Shown: positions 54,633 through 64,000 of the stretch, piece by piece
How the letters are laid out: the number at the start of each line of letters is the position of its first letter
How positions within the stretch are numbered: the stretch's first letter is position 1
Assembly: GCA_004558115.1 (NCBI GenBank)
Contig: SFDT01000002.1
Coordinates: 8,263-72,262 of the forward strand
Reading direction: 5' to 3'
DNA length: 64,000 nt
Source: Clostridiales bacterium
Lineage (GTDB): Bacteria; Bacillota; Clostridia; Oscillospirales; Oscillospiraceae
The notes under the pieces: generated by a model
Database searches by the model: none
The model's input: the letters and a program-made list of their open reading frames with translations, nothing else
Told to the model about the DNA's origin: nothing
Translations under genes and position numbers: made by a program

Positions 54633-57600
54633 GTGTATTTAAAAGCATTGGAGATCCAGGGCTTCAAATCCTTTCCGGATAAGACGGTCCTGAACTTTGG
54701 CGAGGATATCACCGCCATCGTGGGCCCCAACGGCTCCGGCAAATCCAACATTTCCGACGCCATCCGCTGGGTCATGGGCGAGCAGAGCAGCAAGAGCCTT
54801 CGGGGTGCCAAAATGGAGGATGTCATTTTCGGCGGCACCGCCAAGCGGGCCCAGGTGGGATTTGCCCAGGTGACGCTGGTCATTGACAACACGGAGCATA
54901 TTTTCCCCACCATGGAGGAATCGGAGGTCTCCGTCACCCGCCGCTATTACCGCAGCGGGGAGAGCGAATATTACATCAACCGCCAGTCCGTCCGATTGAA
55001 GGATGTGGCGGAGCTGTTCATGGACACCGGCATGGGCAAGGAGGGCTACTCCATCATCGGCCAGGGTAAGATCGACGAGATCCTCTCCGCCAAAAGCGGC
55101 GAGCGCCGGGAGATCTTCGAGGAGGCCGCCGGCATCTCCAAATTCCGCCACCGGAAAGAGGACACGGAGCGGAAGCTGGAGCGGACGGAGGAGAATCTGG
55201 TCCGCATCAACGACAAGATCGCCGAGCTGGAGTTACAGGTGGAGCCCCTGCGGGACCAGGCGGAAAAGGCGAAAAAGTATCTGGTCCTCCGGGACGAGCT
55301 GCGCCTTTTGGAGATCTCCGTATGGCTGGAGAATCTGGATGCCCTGAAGGCCAACGCCCGGAAGCTGGAGGCGGATTTTCGCATCGCCGAAGCCCAGCGG
55401 GACGAGGCCAAGGCCCGGCTGGACGCCCTGTACGCCGAGGGAGAGCAGTTCGGCGCCCGGATGCAGGAAAAGGACATGGAGGCCGAGCGCATCCGCGGCG
55501 AGGCCGGAGCCGTGGACGGGCGCATGAAGGACGAGGAGTCTGCCATGGCGGTGCTGGAGAGCACTATCGCCCACAACCGGGAAAACATTCAGCGTGCCCA
55601 GGCGGAGCTGGCGGAGAGCGATACCCGCGCCGGCGGGCTTGCCCGGCAGGCGGAGGAGCAGAAGACCCTGGCCCGTCAATTGGAAGACCAGCTGGCGGAG
55701 CTGAACGGGAATTTGGAGGCTTTGCTTGACCAGGCCCGCGCCGCCGCCGACCAGGCCGGCGGCGCCCAGAGCCAGGCGGAAGCCCTGCGGGGCCGGGAGG
55801 CCGTGGCTGTGGCTGCTGCCGCGGACCAGCGTGCCGAAGCCGCCGCCATCGCGGCGGAAAACGGACAGATCGCCCAGCGCATCGCCGCTGTGGAAGCGGA
55901 CAAGGCCTCTGCGGAGGAGCAGCTGGAAACCAGCCGCCGGGAGGCCAAGTCCAACCGTCGTGCCCTGGAAGACGCCCGGGACGAGGCGGAGGCTGTGGGC
56001 AACATCATCGCGGGCCACAGCCTGCGGATGAAGGAGCGGAAGAAAAAAGCCGCCGCCGCCGGTGAGAAAAAAGTCCAGCTGACCATGGAAGTGGGTGCCC
56101 TGGACAACCGCATCCGCCTGCTGACGGAGATGGAAAAGGACTACGAGGGCTTTTCCAAGGCCGTCAAGGTGGTCATGCAGGCGAAGGGAAGCCTGCGGGG
56201 CATCCACGGCCCTGTGGCGAACCTCATGAAAACGGATCAGCAATACTCCCTGGCCATTGAGATCGCCCTGGGGGCGGGCCTTCAGAACATCGTGGTGGAC
56301 CGGGAGGAGGACGCCAAGAGCGCCATCAATTTCCTGAAGCAGCGGGACGGCGGCCGCGCCACCTTCCTGCCCCTGACCGCCATCCGGGGCGACGAGCTGC
56401 GGCTGGGCGGCGTAGAGCAGGAGTTCGGCTTCGTGGGCCTTGCCTCCCGTCTGGTGAGCTATGACCCCCGATATCAGAATATTTTCCACAGCCTCCTGGG
56501 CCGCACCGTGGTGGTGGAGGACCTGGACTGCGGCATCACCATGGCCCGGAAGTACCGCAGCGCCTTCCGCATCGTCACCCTGGACGGCCAGGTCATCAAC
56601 CGGGGCGGCTCCATGACCGGCGGCTCCACCTCCCGCAGCGCCGGCGTGTTGAGCCGGGCGGCGGAGCTGGAAAAGCTCAACGGCCGCGCCGCCGCCATGC
56701 ACGAAAAACTCGCCGCCGCCCAGCAGGCGGAGGAAGCCGCCAACCGGGAGTTTTCCGCGGCCCAGTACGAGCTGGAGACGGCGGAGAGCCAGCGCCGGCA
56801 GGCGGAGGACGAGGTGCTGCGCCTGGAGGGTACCAAAAACCACTTCGACATTCTGCTCCGCTCCCTGGAGGAAAACCTGGAGAATCTGGAGGGCGAGCTG
56901 GAGAGCCTGCGGGGCCGTTTGGCGGACAACCAGGCCCGTTCCGCCCAGGCGGAGAAGGCCGTGGCGGAGCAGGAGGCTCTGGCCGCCGGGCTCCGCGCCC
57001 AGGCGGAGGAAGCCCTTTCCGGACAGTCGGAGCTGCTGGCAAAGTCCAGCGCACTGGCGGAGGACATCACCGCCCAAAAGAGCGCCATCGCCGCCCTGGA
57101 GGCGCAGAAGGAGGCCACCCTGGCCCGCGCCGCCGACCTGCGGCAGCTGGCGGAGAGCCTCACCGGGGACCGCGCCCAGAAGGAGGAGGTCCTCCAGTCC
57201 TATCAGAGAAATATCGACGCCGCCCAGGCGGACATCCTGCGGCGGCAGGAGACCCAGATGGCCCTGGCCGCCCAGGCGGAGGAGTTCCGCCGGCGTCTGA
57301 CAGACCTGAACCGGGAAAAGCTGGAGCTGGAGGCCCAGCGCACCGCCCAGAACCGGGAATTGAAGGACATGAACGAGCAGTACGCGGACCTGGAACGCTC
57401 CGCCTCCAAGCTGGAGCAGAAGATCGCCACCTCCGCCATGGAGGAAAAGCAGATCCTGGACCGGCTGTGGGAGCACTACGAACTCAGCCACAGCGACGCC
57501 CAGGCCCAGCGCATCGAGCTGGAGAGCATTCCCAAGGCCACCCGCCGCATCGGCGAGCTGAACCGGGACATCAAGGCCCTGGGCACCCCCAATATCGGCG

Positions 57601-58199
57601 CCATCGAGGAGTTCGACCGGGTGAACGGCCGCTATACGTACCTGACGGACCAGCGCAACGACGTGGAAAAGGCCAAGGGCGAGCTGGAGGGCATCATCGA
57701 GGACATCACCGCCGAGATGACCCGCATTTTCTCGGAGCAGTTCAAGCTCATCAACGAGAGCTTCCAGACCACGTTCACGGACCTGTTCGGCGGCGGCCAG
57801 GCCACGCTGGAGCTGGAGGACGAGCAGGACATCCTGGGCTGCGGCATCGAGATCAAGGCACAGCCTCCGGGAAAGACCCTCAAGACCATCTCCCTGCTCT
57901 CCGGTGGCGAAAAGGCCTTCGTGGCCATTGCCCTGTACTTCGCCATTTTGAAGGTCCACCCCACGCCCTTCTGCGTCATGGACGAGATCGAGGCTGCTTT
58001 GGACGAGCCCAACGTCATCCGGGTGGCCCGGTATATGCGGCGACTGGCCGGCCGGACTCAGTTCATCGTCATCACCCACCGCCGGGGCACCATGGAGGAG
58101 GCCGACGTTCTCTACGGCGTCACCATGCAGGAGCAGGGCGTTTCCAAGATTTTGACCATCAATTTGAACGACATGGCGAAGGAATTGAATATCAAATAA
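54633..58199 (+). CDS. smc: Chromosome segregation protein SMC
   Basis: GFKSF; VGPNGSGKSN; coiled coils; hinge GRATFLPL; LSGGEK; DEIEAALD; GTG start. Confidence 0.97.
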   Translation: MYLKALEIQGFKSFPDKTVLNFGEDITAIVGPNGSGKSNISDAIRWVMGEQSSKSLRGAKMEDVIFGGTAKRAQVGFAQVTLVIDNTEHIFPTMEESEVSVTRRYYRSGESEYYINRQSVRLKDVAELFMDTGMGKEGYSIIGQGKIDEILSAKSGERREIFEEAAGISKFRHRKEDTERKLERTEENLVRINDKIAELELQVEPLRDQAEKAKKYLVLRDELRLLEISVWLENLDALKANARKLEADFRIAEAQRDEAKARLDALYAEGEQFGARMQEKDMEAERIRGEAGAVDGRMKDEESAMAVLESTIAHNRENIQRAQAELAESDTRAGGLARQAEEQKTLARQLEDQLAELNGNLEALLDQARAAADQAGGAQSQAEALRGREAVAVAAAADQRAEAAAIAAENGQIAQRIAAVEADKASAEEQLETSRREAKSNRRALEDARDEAEAVGNIIAGHSLRMKERKKKAAAAGEKKVQLTMEVGALDNRIRLLTEMEKDYEGFSKAVKVVMQAKGSLRGIHGPVANLMKTDQQYSLAIEIALGAGLQNIVVDREEDAKSAINFLKQRDGGRATFLPLTAIRGDELRLGGVEQEFGFVGLASRLVSYDPRYQNIFHSLLGRTVVVEDLDCGITMARKYRSAFRIVTLDGQVINRGGSMTGGSTSRSAGVLSRAAELEKLNGRAAAMHEKLAAAQQAEEAANREFSAAQYELETAESQRRQAEDEVLRLEGTKNHFDILLRSLEENLENLEGELESLRGRLADNQARSAQAEKAVAEQEALAAGLRAQAEEALSGQSELLAKSSALAEDITAQKSAIAALEAQKEATLARAADLRQLAESLTGDRAQKEEVLQSYQRNIDAAQADILRRQETQMALAAQAEEFRRRLTDLNREKLELEAQRTAQNRELKDMNEQYADLERSASKLEQKIATSAMEEKQILDRLWEHYELSHSDAQAQRIELESIPKATRRIGELNRDIKALGTPNIGAIEEFDRVNGRYTYLTDQRNDVEKAKGELEGIIEDITAEMTRIFSEQFKLINESFQTTFTDLFGGGQATLELEDEQDILGCGIEIKAQPPGKTLKTISLLSGGEKAFVAIALYFAILKVHPTPFCVMDEIEAALDEPNVIRVARYMRRLAGRTQFIVITHRRGTMEEADVLYGVTMQEQGVSKILTINLNDMAKELNIK

Positions 58200-58210
58200 G
58201 GAGATCGCCG

Positions 58211-58465
58211 ATGAGCAGCAAAATGAAAAACTGGATCGTCCTGGCTGTGGGCGCTTTCTCGGTTCTTTTGATCCTGCTGGCTGGCTGGTTACGCGGGGGA
58301 AACGGAGAAAGTTACAGATTGCTTGTGGTGATTGGGAGCGCCTGTTTCATCCTTGCACTGGTTTTGGAACATTTACTGTTTCGCTGCCCGCACTGCGGAC
58401 AGTATCTGGGAAGAAAATTTGTGCCGGGTGGGTATTGTCCCCATTGCGGTAAAGAACTTGACTAA
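58211..58465 (+). CDS. Small two-TM protein with a C-terminal zinc ribbon (CPHC x2)
   Basis: AAGGAG RBS; FRCPHCGQYLG...YCPHCGKELD. Confidence 0.75.
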   Translation: MSSKMKNWIVLAVGAFSVLLILLAGWLRGGNGESYRLLVVIGSACFILALVLEHLLFRCPHCGQYLGRKFVPGGYCPHCGKELD

Positions 58466-58477
58466 AGGACGAATGTT

Positions 58478-59350
58478 ATGGGCTTTTTTGACAAACTGAA
58501 AAAAATCACCACCAACCTGTTCTCCGGCTTTACGGAGGCGGACGAGGCCTTTTTTGAGGAGCTGGAGGAGACCCTCATCCTGGCGGACCTGGGGATGGAC
58601 ACCGCTCTGGAGGCCGTGGAGCAGCTGCGGACAAAGGTCCGCAAGGAAAAGCTCCACGACCAGGAGGAGGTCAAGGCCGCTTTGCGGGACATCCTGGTGG
58701 ACATGATGGATGTGGGGGACACGGCGCTGGATTTGTCCACCACCCCCTCCGTGGTGCTGTTCATCGGCGTCAACGGCGTAGGCAAGACCACCTCCATCGG
58801 CAAGCTGGGCAGCCGGCTGAAAGGCGAGGGCAAGCGGGTCCTGTTCTGCGCGGCGGATACCTTCCGGGCCGCTGCCGCTGACCAGCTGGAGATCTGGTCC
58901 CAGCGGGCGGGGTGCGAGCTGGTCCGCCAGCACGAGGGTGCCGACCCCGGCGCCGTGCTGTTTGACGCCCTCCAGGCCGCCAAGGCCAGAGGCGTGGACG
59001 CGGTGCTGTGCGACACCGCCGGACGCCTCCACAACAAGGCAAACCTTATGGCGGAGCTCTCCAAGCTCTCCAAGATCATCGACCGGGAGTGCCCCGGCGC
59101 CGCCCGGGAGACCCTTTTGGTGCTGGACGCCACCACCGGCCAGAACGGCCTCATCCAGGCCAAGCAGTTCAAGGAGGCGGCGGGCCTCACCGGCATCGTT
59201 CTCACGAAGCTGGACGGCACCGCCAAGGGCGGCATCGTCATCGCCATCGCCCGGGAGCTGGGTGTGCCCGTGAAGCTGGCCGGCGTGGGCGAGGGCATCG
59301 ACGACCTGAAGCCCTTCGATGCCCGGGAATACGTGGAGGCCATCATCTGA
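58478..59350 (+). CDS. ftsY: Signal recognition particle receptor FtsY
   Basis: GVNGVGKTTSIGKL; ADTFRAAA; DTAGRLH; DATTGQNG; TKLDGTAKGG. Confidence 0.97.
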   Translation: MGFFDKLKKITTNLFSGFTEADEAFFEELEETLILADLGMDTALEAVEQLRTKVRKEKLHDQEEVKAALRDILVDMMDVGDTALDLSTTPSVVLFIGVNGVGKTTSIGKLGSRLKGEGKRVLFCAADTFRAAAADQLEIWSQRAGCELVRQHEGADPGAVLFDALQAAKARGVDAVLCDTAGRLHNKANLMAELSKLSKIIDRECPGAARETLLVLDATTGQNGLIQAKQFKEAAGLTGIVLTKLDGTAKGGIVIAIARELGVPVKLAGVGEGIDDLKPFDAREYVEAII

Positions 59351-59369
59351 TAAAAAGCAGTAAAGAGGA

Positions 59370-60098
59370 ATGACTATGACCAGAAAAGACGGACGGGCGC
59401 CGGACGAGCTGCGCCCCATCAAGATCACAACAGATTTTGTAAAATTCGCGGAGGGCAGCTGCCTCATTGAGTGCGGCGACACGAAGGTCCTCTGCTGCGC
59501 CAGCGTGGAGGACCGGACCCCGCCTCACGTTCCCGAGGGGGAGGGCTGGGTCACCGCCGAGTATTCCATGCTGCCCCGGGCCAACCGGGAGCGCAGCAAG
59601 CGGGACGTTTCCAAGCTGAAGCTCAGCCCCCGCAGTGCCGAAATTCAGCGGCTGGTGGGCCGGTCTCTCCGGGCCGCCGTGGATATGACGAAGCTGGGGG
59701 AGCACACCATCACCATCGACTGCGATGTGCTCCAGGGGGACGGCGGCACCCGCACCGCCTCCGTCACCGGCGGCTTTATCGCGCTGTGCCTGGCCTGCCG
59801 CAAGCTGGTGGCCGACGGCGTCCTGGCCTCCAGCCCCATCCGCCATTACGTCACCGGCGTTTCCGCCGGCATCGTGGACGAGCAGCCCATGCTGGACCTT
59901 CAGTACAGCGAGGACAGTCGGGCCCAGGTGGACCTGAACTGCATCATGAACGAGCAAGGAGAGCTCATTGAGCTCCAGGGCACCGGCGAGGGCCGTGCCT
60001 TCACCCTGGCGGAGCAGCAGGAGCTGGTGCGCCTGTGCGCCAAGGGCAACCGGGAGCTGCTGGCCATCCAGAAAGAAGTGCTGGGAGGGAAGCTCTGA
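59370..60098 (+). CDS. rph: Ribonuclease PH
   Basis: RKDGR..DELRP; AEGSCL; GWVTAEYSMLP; EIQRLVGRSLR; DCDVLQGDGGTRTAS. Confidence 0.97.
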   Translation: MTMTRKDGRAPDELRPIKITTDFVKFAEGSCLIECGDTKVLCCASVEDRTPPHVPEGEGWVTAEYSMLPRANRERSKRDVSKLKLSPRSAEIQRLVGRSLRAAVDMTKLGEHTITIDCDVLQGDGGTRTASVTGGFIALCLACRKLVADGVLASSPIRHYVTGVSAGIVDEQPMLDLQYSEDSRAQVDLNCIMNEQGELIELQGTGEGRAFTLAEQQELVRLCAKGNRELLAIQKEVLGGKL

Positions 60099-60694
60099 TG
60101 TCTGAAAAATTCGTGCTTGCCAGCCACAACCCCGGCAAGATCAAGGAAATGAGCGCCATTTTGGCGCGGTTCGGCGTGGAGGTGGTGAGCCCCAAGGAGC
60201 TGGGCATCACCGTGGATGTGGAGGAGACCGGCACTACCTTCGCGGAAAACGCCATGCTGAAGGCAAAGGCCATCTGCGCCGCTTCCGGCCTGCCCGCCAT
60301 TGCCGATGACTCCGGCCTCTGCGTGGACGCCCTGAACGGCGGTCCCGGCGTGTACTCCGCCCGCTACGGCGGAGAAGGCCTGGATGACAAGGGCCGCTAT
60401 ACGCTGCTGTTGAACAGCCTGCGGGGCCAGACCACCCGGGCGGCCCACTTCACCTGCTCCATTGCCTGCGCCTTCCCGGGCGGCGACACCCTGACGGCGG
60501 AGGGACGGTGTGACGGCACTATCGCCTTCGCGCCCATGGGGGAGGGAGGCTTTGGCTACGACCCCGTGTTTTTCGTTCCCTCTCTGGCCAAGACCTTCGG
60601 CCAGCTGACGGCGGAGGAGAAAAGCGCCATCTCCCACCGGGGCAAGGCCCTGGCGGCTTTTTCGGAAAAGCTTGCAACTTATTTGCGGAAATAA
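60098..60694 (+). CDS. rdgB: Non-canonical purine NTP pyrophosphatase (Ham1 family)
   Basis: ASHNPGK; EETGTTFAENA; ADDSGL; GFGYDPVF; SHRGKA. Confidence 0.96.
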   Translation: MSEKFVLASHNPGKIKEMSAILARFGVEVVSPKELGITVDVEETGTTFAENAMLKAKAICAASGLPAIADDSGLCVDALNGGPGVYSARYGGEGLDDKGRYTLLLNSLRGQTTRAAHFTCSIACAFPGGDTLTAEGRCDGTIAFAPMGEGGFGYDPVFFVPSLAKTFGQLTAEEKSAISHRGKALAAFSEKLATYLRK

Positions 60695-60724
60695 ACGTCT
60701 ATTCAAATAATTTAGGAGAATCAA

Positions 60725-61054
60725 ATGGAACTGACAAGCAAACAGCGCGCCCAGCTGCGTGGCTTGGCCAACAGCATCGACACCATCGTCCACATCGGTA
60801 AGGACGGCATCAGCGAGAACCTGGTGAAGCAGGCGGATGACGCCCTGGAGGCCCGGGAGCTCATCAAGGGCCGGGTACTGGAGAACAATATCGAGTATGA
60901 CGCCCGTCTGGCGGCGGAGGAACTGGCGAAAGCCACCCGCAGCGAGGTGGTCCAGGTCATCGGCACCAAGTTCGTCCTGTACCGGGAGAGCCACTCCAAG
61001 CCCAAGGACAAGCGCATCCAGCTGGTAAAGGCCGCGAAAAAGAAAAGTATTTGA
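60725..61054 (+). CDS. yhbY: YhbY/CRM-domain RNA-binding protein
   Basis: LTSKQRAQLR; IGKDG; LEARELIK; VQVIG..VLYR. Confidence 0.95.
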   Translation: MELTSKQRAQLRGLANSIDTIVHIGKDGISENLVKQADDALEARELIKGRVLENNIEYDARLAAEELAKATRSEVVQVIGTKFVLYRESHSKPKDKRIQLVKAAKKKSI

Positions 61055-61083
61055 CCGGCAGATGAAACACAGGAGATGAGATC

Positions 61084-62274
61084 TTGAAAATTGGCATTTA
61101 CGGCGGCACCTTCAACCCGCCCCACCTGGGCCATGTGACGGCGGCCAGGGCGGTGGCGGAGCTTTTGAAGCTGGATAAGCTGCTGCTGGTCCCCGCGGGA
61201 TTGCCGCCTCACAAGAATCTGCCCGCCGGTTCCCCCACACCGGACCAGCGGCTGGAGATGACCCGCCTGGCGGCGGACCAGACCGGCCTTGCCGGAAAGG
61301 TAGAGGTGCTGGACCTGGAGGTGCACCGGGAGGGAAAAAGCTATACCTCCGACACGCTGAAAGCCCTGAAAGCCCGGTATCCCGATGACGAGCTGTGGCT
61401 CTTGATGGGGACGGACATGTTCCTCACCCTTCAGGCCTGGCACGCGCCGGAGGAGATCCTCTCCCTGGCGGGCATCGCGGCCTTTGGCCGGACAGAGGCG
61501 GACACGGAGGAGCTGTTCGCCCCCCAGCGGGATTATCTTTACAAGACCTATCCCCAGGCCCGCATCTTTACCCTGACCATTCCGGGAGTGGTGGATGTCT
61601 CCTCCACGGAGCTGCGGGAGCAGCTGGCCAAGGGCGGCGGCGGACACCTGCTGCCTCCCGCGGTCTACGGCTACATCCTGCGCAACGGACTGTACGGCAC
61701 CCACGCGGATCTGAAGCACCTGCCCTTTTCCCAGCTGCGGCCGGTGGCGCTCAGCTATCTCAAGTACCAGCGCATCCCACACGTGCTGGGTACGGAGCAG
61801 GAGGCCATCCGCCTGGCGGAGCGGTATGGCGCCGATGTGGAAAAGGCCCGGGTGGCGGCGCTGCTCCACGACTGCACGAAAAAACTGAACATGGAGCAGC
61901 AGTTGGAGCTGTGCCGCCGGTACGGCATCGAGCTGGACGAGCTGGAGCAAAAAGCCCTGAAGCTGCTCCACGCCAAGACCGGTGCCGCCGTGGCCCGGGA
62001 CGTGTTCGGCGTGGATGAGGACATTTACAGCGCCATCTGGTGGCACACCACCGGCCACGGGGACATGACGCTGCTGGAAAAAATCATTTATCTGGCGGAT
62101 TATATTGAGCCTTCCCGGAATTTTCCGGGCGTGGACAAGCTCCGTCGGGCATGCTATAAAGACCTGGACGAGGGCCTGCTCCTGGGCCTGGAAATGACCA
62201 TCCAGGAAATGACGGATATGGGAAACCCGGTGCACCGCGCCACCATCGAGGCACGGGACGCCTTGAGACGATAA
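61084..62274 (+). CDS. nadD: Fused nicotinate-nucleotide adenylyltransferase and YqeK-like HD hydrolase
   Basis: GGTFNPPHLGH; SYT; MGTD; VSSTELR; then RIPHVLG, LLHDCTK, LHAKTG, HTTG, IYLADYIEP. Confidence 0.92.
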   Translation: MKIGIYGGTFNPPHLGHVTAARAVAELLKLDKLLLVPAGLPPHKNLPAGSPTPDQRLEMTRLAADQTGLAGKVEVLDLEVHREGKSYTSDTLKALKARYPDDELWLLMGTDMFLTLQAWHAPEEILSLAGIAAFGRTEADTEELFAPQRDYLYKTYPQARIFTLTIPGVVDVSSTELREQLAKGGGGHLLPPAVYGYILRNGLYGTHADLKHLPFSQLRPVALSYLKYQRIPHVLGTEQEAIRLAERYGADVEKARVAALLHDCTKKLNMEQQLELCRRYGIELDELEQKALKLLHAKTGAAVARDVFGVDEDIYSAIWWHTTGHGDMTLLEKIIYLADYIEPSRNFPGVDKLRRACYKDLDEGLLLGLEMTIQEMTDMGNPVHRATIEARDALRR

Positions 62275-62287
62275 GAAGGATAACGCA

Positions 62288-63787
62288 ATGTGGGATAAAC
62301 ATAAAGAAGGAAAGCGCGTGGCGGGGAGCCGGGCGGAGAAAAAACCGAAAAAACCCAGCCGCCTGACCCGCCAGCAGAAGGTCCTCATCACCGTGGCCGT
62401 GGTGCTTGCCATTGCGCTGGCGGTGGTGGTGGCCTGCCAGCGTTTGTTCGTGGAGCCGGAGCTCATCAGCCGGGAAGAGAACCCTGAAAAGGAAGCCATC
62501 GACTACGGCGAGGGCACCCAGCCCCGGGCTGACGGCCAGCGGAAAAGCGATAACTGGTACACAGTCCTCATTCTGGGCCGGGATACCGGAGGCGGCGGCA
62601 ACACGGACACTATCCTGCTGGCCAGCTATGACGTGACCAACCAGAAGGCCACGGTCATGTCCATCCCCCGGGACACCATGGTGAACGTGTCCTGGGACAT
62701 CAAGCGCATCAATTCCGTCTATAATATGAACGGGCAGGGCGAAAAGGGCATCACCGCCCTGTACAAGGAGATCGCCCAGCTGGTGGGCTTTGAGCCGGAC
62801 TTCCAGGTGGTGGTGGAATGGGACGCCGTGGGCGAGATCGTGGACGCCATGGGCGGCGTGTGGTTCGATGTTCCCCGGAATATGAATTATGACGATCCCT
62901 ACCAGGACCTGCACATCCACCAGGAGAAGGGCTACCGCCTCCTGACCGGTGACGACGCCATGCAGGTCATCCGCTACCGCCACGACAACAATATGAGCTA
63001 CGGCTATCCCGACGGCGACCTGGGCCGCATCAAGACCCAGCAGGCGTTTTTGAAGGCTGTGGTGGAACAGCTGCTCCAGGTGAAGAACATCGCCAAGATC
63101 AACCAGTTCGCCAAGGTGTTCCAGAACAATGTGGAGACCGACCTGAGCTTCAGCAACATCTGCTGGTTGGGCCAGCAGGCTGTTCTGGGCGGGTTGAAGG
63201 TGGAGGATGTGACATTTGTCACCATGCCCAACACGCCGGTGTCCTGCTGGAGCCGCACTTACCAGAACATGCAGTCCTATGTGGTGCCCAATGCCCGGGA
63301 GCTGCTGGAGCTGGTGAATAACGAGCTCAGCCCCTTTGCGGAGACCTTTACCCTCAGTGACCTGGACATCATGTCCGTCAACGCCGACGGCTCCGTCAGT
63401 TCCACCACCGGCCATGTGGAGGACAGCCGGGCGGCTCTGCCGCCGGTAAAGCCCGAGCAGGCCCCGGAGGAGCCGGAGGAGAATGACGAGGAGCCGCTGG
63501 TGGATGAAAACGGCAATGTACTGGACCCGGAGACCGGAGAGATCATTGTCGTGGGCCCTGATCCGGAAACGGATACTGGCTCTGAAGGCTCCGGCTCGCC
63601 GCAGACGCCGCCGCAGACCACACCCACGCCTCCGGCGGAGACCACACCGGAGACTCCCACGGCCCCGCCGGTAGAGCCGGAGCCTCCCGCCTCCCAGCCG
63701 GAACCTGAACCCACGCCGGAGACACCGGCGGAACCCGCCACAGAGGAGCCGGGCTTTGCCATCATCGACCCGGCCCCCGAAGGATAA
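62288..63787 (+). CDS. LCP (LytR-CpsA-Psr) family protein with Pro/Glu-rich C-tail
   Basis: TM; LILGRD; NTDTILL; SIPRDT; IRYR; DLGRIKTQQ. Confidence 0.92.
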   Translation: MWDKHKEGKRVAGSRAEKKPKKPSRLTRQQKVLITVAVVLAIALAVVVACQRLFVEPELISREENPEKEAIDYGEGTQPRADGQRKSDNWYTVLILGRDTGGGGNTDTILLASYDVTNQKATVMSIPRDTMVNVSWDIKRINSVYNMNGQGEKGITALYKEIAQLVGFEPDFQVVVEWDAVGEIVDAMGGVWFDVPRNMNYDDPYQDLHIHQEKGYRLLTGDDAMQVIRYRHDNNMSYGYPDGDLGRIKTQQAFLKAVVEQLLQVKNIAKINQFAKVFQNNVETDLSFSNICWLGQQAVLGGLKVEDVTFVTMPNTPVSCWSRTYQNMQSYVVPNARELLELVNNELSPFAETFTLSDLDIMSVNADGSVSSTTGHVEDSRAALPPVKPEQAPEEPEENDEEPLVDENGNVLDPETGEIIVVGPDPETDTGSEGSGSPQTPPQTTPTPPAETTPETPTAPPVEPEPPASQPEPEPTPETPAEPATEEPGFAIIDPAPEG

Positions 63788-63802
63788 GAAAGGATGGAAT
63801 GT

Positions 63803-64000
63803 ATGACACCGAAAGAACTGGCCATTATTGCCGCCAAGGCCCTGGACGAGAAGAAGGGCAAGGAGATCTCCGCCATCCAGGTGACGGAGCAGACCACCCT
63901 GGCGGACTACTTCGTATTTGCCACCGGCAGCTCCAACACCCAGATCAACGCCCTGTGCGGCGCCGTGGAAAAGGCCATGGCGGAGCAGGCGGGAGAAGAC
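63803..64000 (+). CDS. rsfS: Ribosome silencing factor (3' end outside window)
   Basis: MTPKELAIIAAKALDEKKGKEISAIQV...LADYFVFATGSSNTQINAL. Confidence 0.92.
   Translation, partial: MTPKELAIIAAKALDEKKGKEISAIQVTEQTTLADYFVFATGSSNTQINALCGAVEKAMAEQAGED

Noticed and set aside
63440..63787. Pro/Glu/Thr-rich repetitive stretch
   Set aside because: Ordinary low-complexity tail of the LCP protein

Overview
High-GC Clostridia-type chromosome segment; the gene order (smc-ftsY-rph-rdgB-yhbY-nadD/yqeK-LCP-rsfS) and SLH-domain proteins suggest a gut Oscillospiraceae-like organism (inference). The left half (about 5.5-29.9 kb) is an accessory surface/secretion locus. It has capsule-type regulatory genes (CapD-like dehydratase, CpsB-type phosphatase, two tandem fused Wzz/BY-kinases) but no glycosyltransferase, flippase or polymerase in the window. 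Interleaved is a candidate RiPP-like peptide-modification system: stand-alone PqqD/RRE, a lipoprotein, a 92-aa Cys-containing precursor with a YxKPxL leader and C-terminal Ser, an HPr-kinase-like P-loop protein, a radical SAM/SPASM enzyme, an S24/S26 peptidase, an ABC exporter and an NTP_transf_5-type nucleotidyltransferase. No lasso cyclase or lasso B2 protease is present. An SLH/vWA protein and a giant GH20 surface protein flank the core. This locus is the best candidate for an undescribed system. The middle (29.9-39.7 kb) is a catabolic island: methionine-gamma-lyase-like enzyme, NhaC-family transporter, alanine-racemase-like enzyme, LarA-family racemase, split UxaA/SuyAB-type dehydratase, two GntR-family regulators and a divergent ilvC paralogue. 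Two of its promoters share a near-identical palindromic operator. The right part holds a BusR-like/Opu osmoprotectant ABC operon, a hairpin-rich repeat-flanked intergenic element, dihydropyrimidinase, an SLH 5'-nucleotidase, proBA/proC and housekeeping genes. A frameshifted porB-like remnant follows the pyruvate:ferredoxin oxidoreductase at the window start. No rRNA, tRNA, CRISPR array or transposase was recognised. All calls come from motif recognition by eye; no database searches were run.
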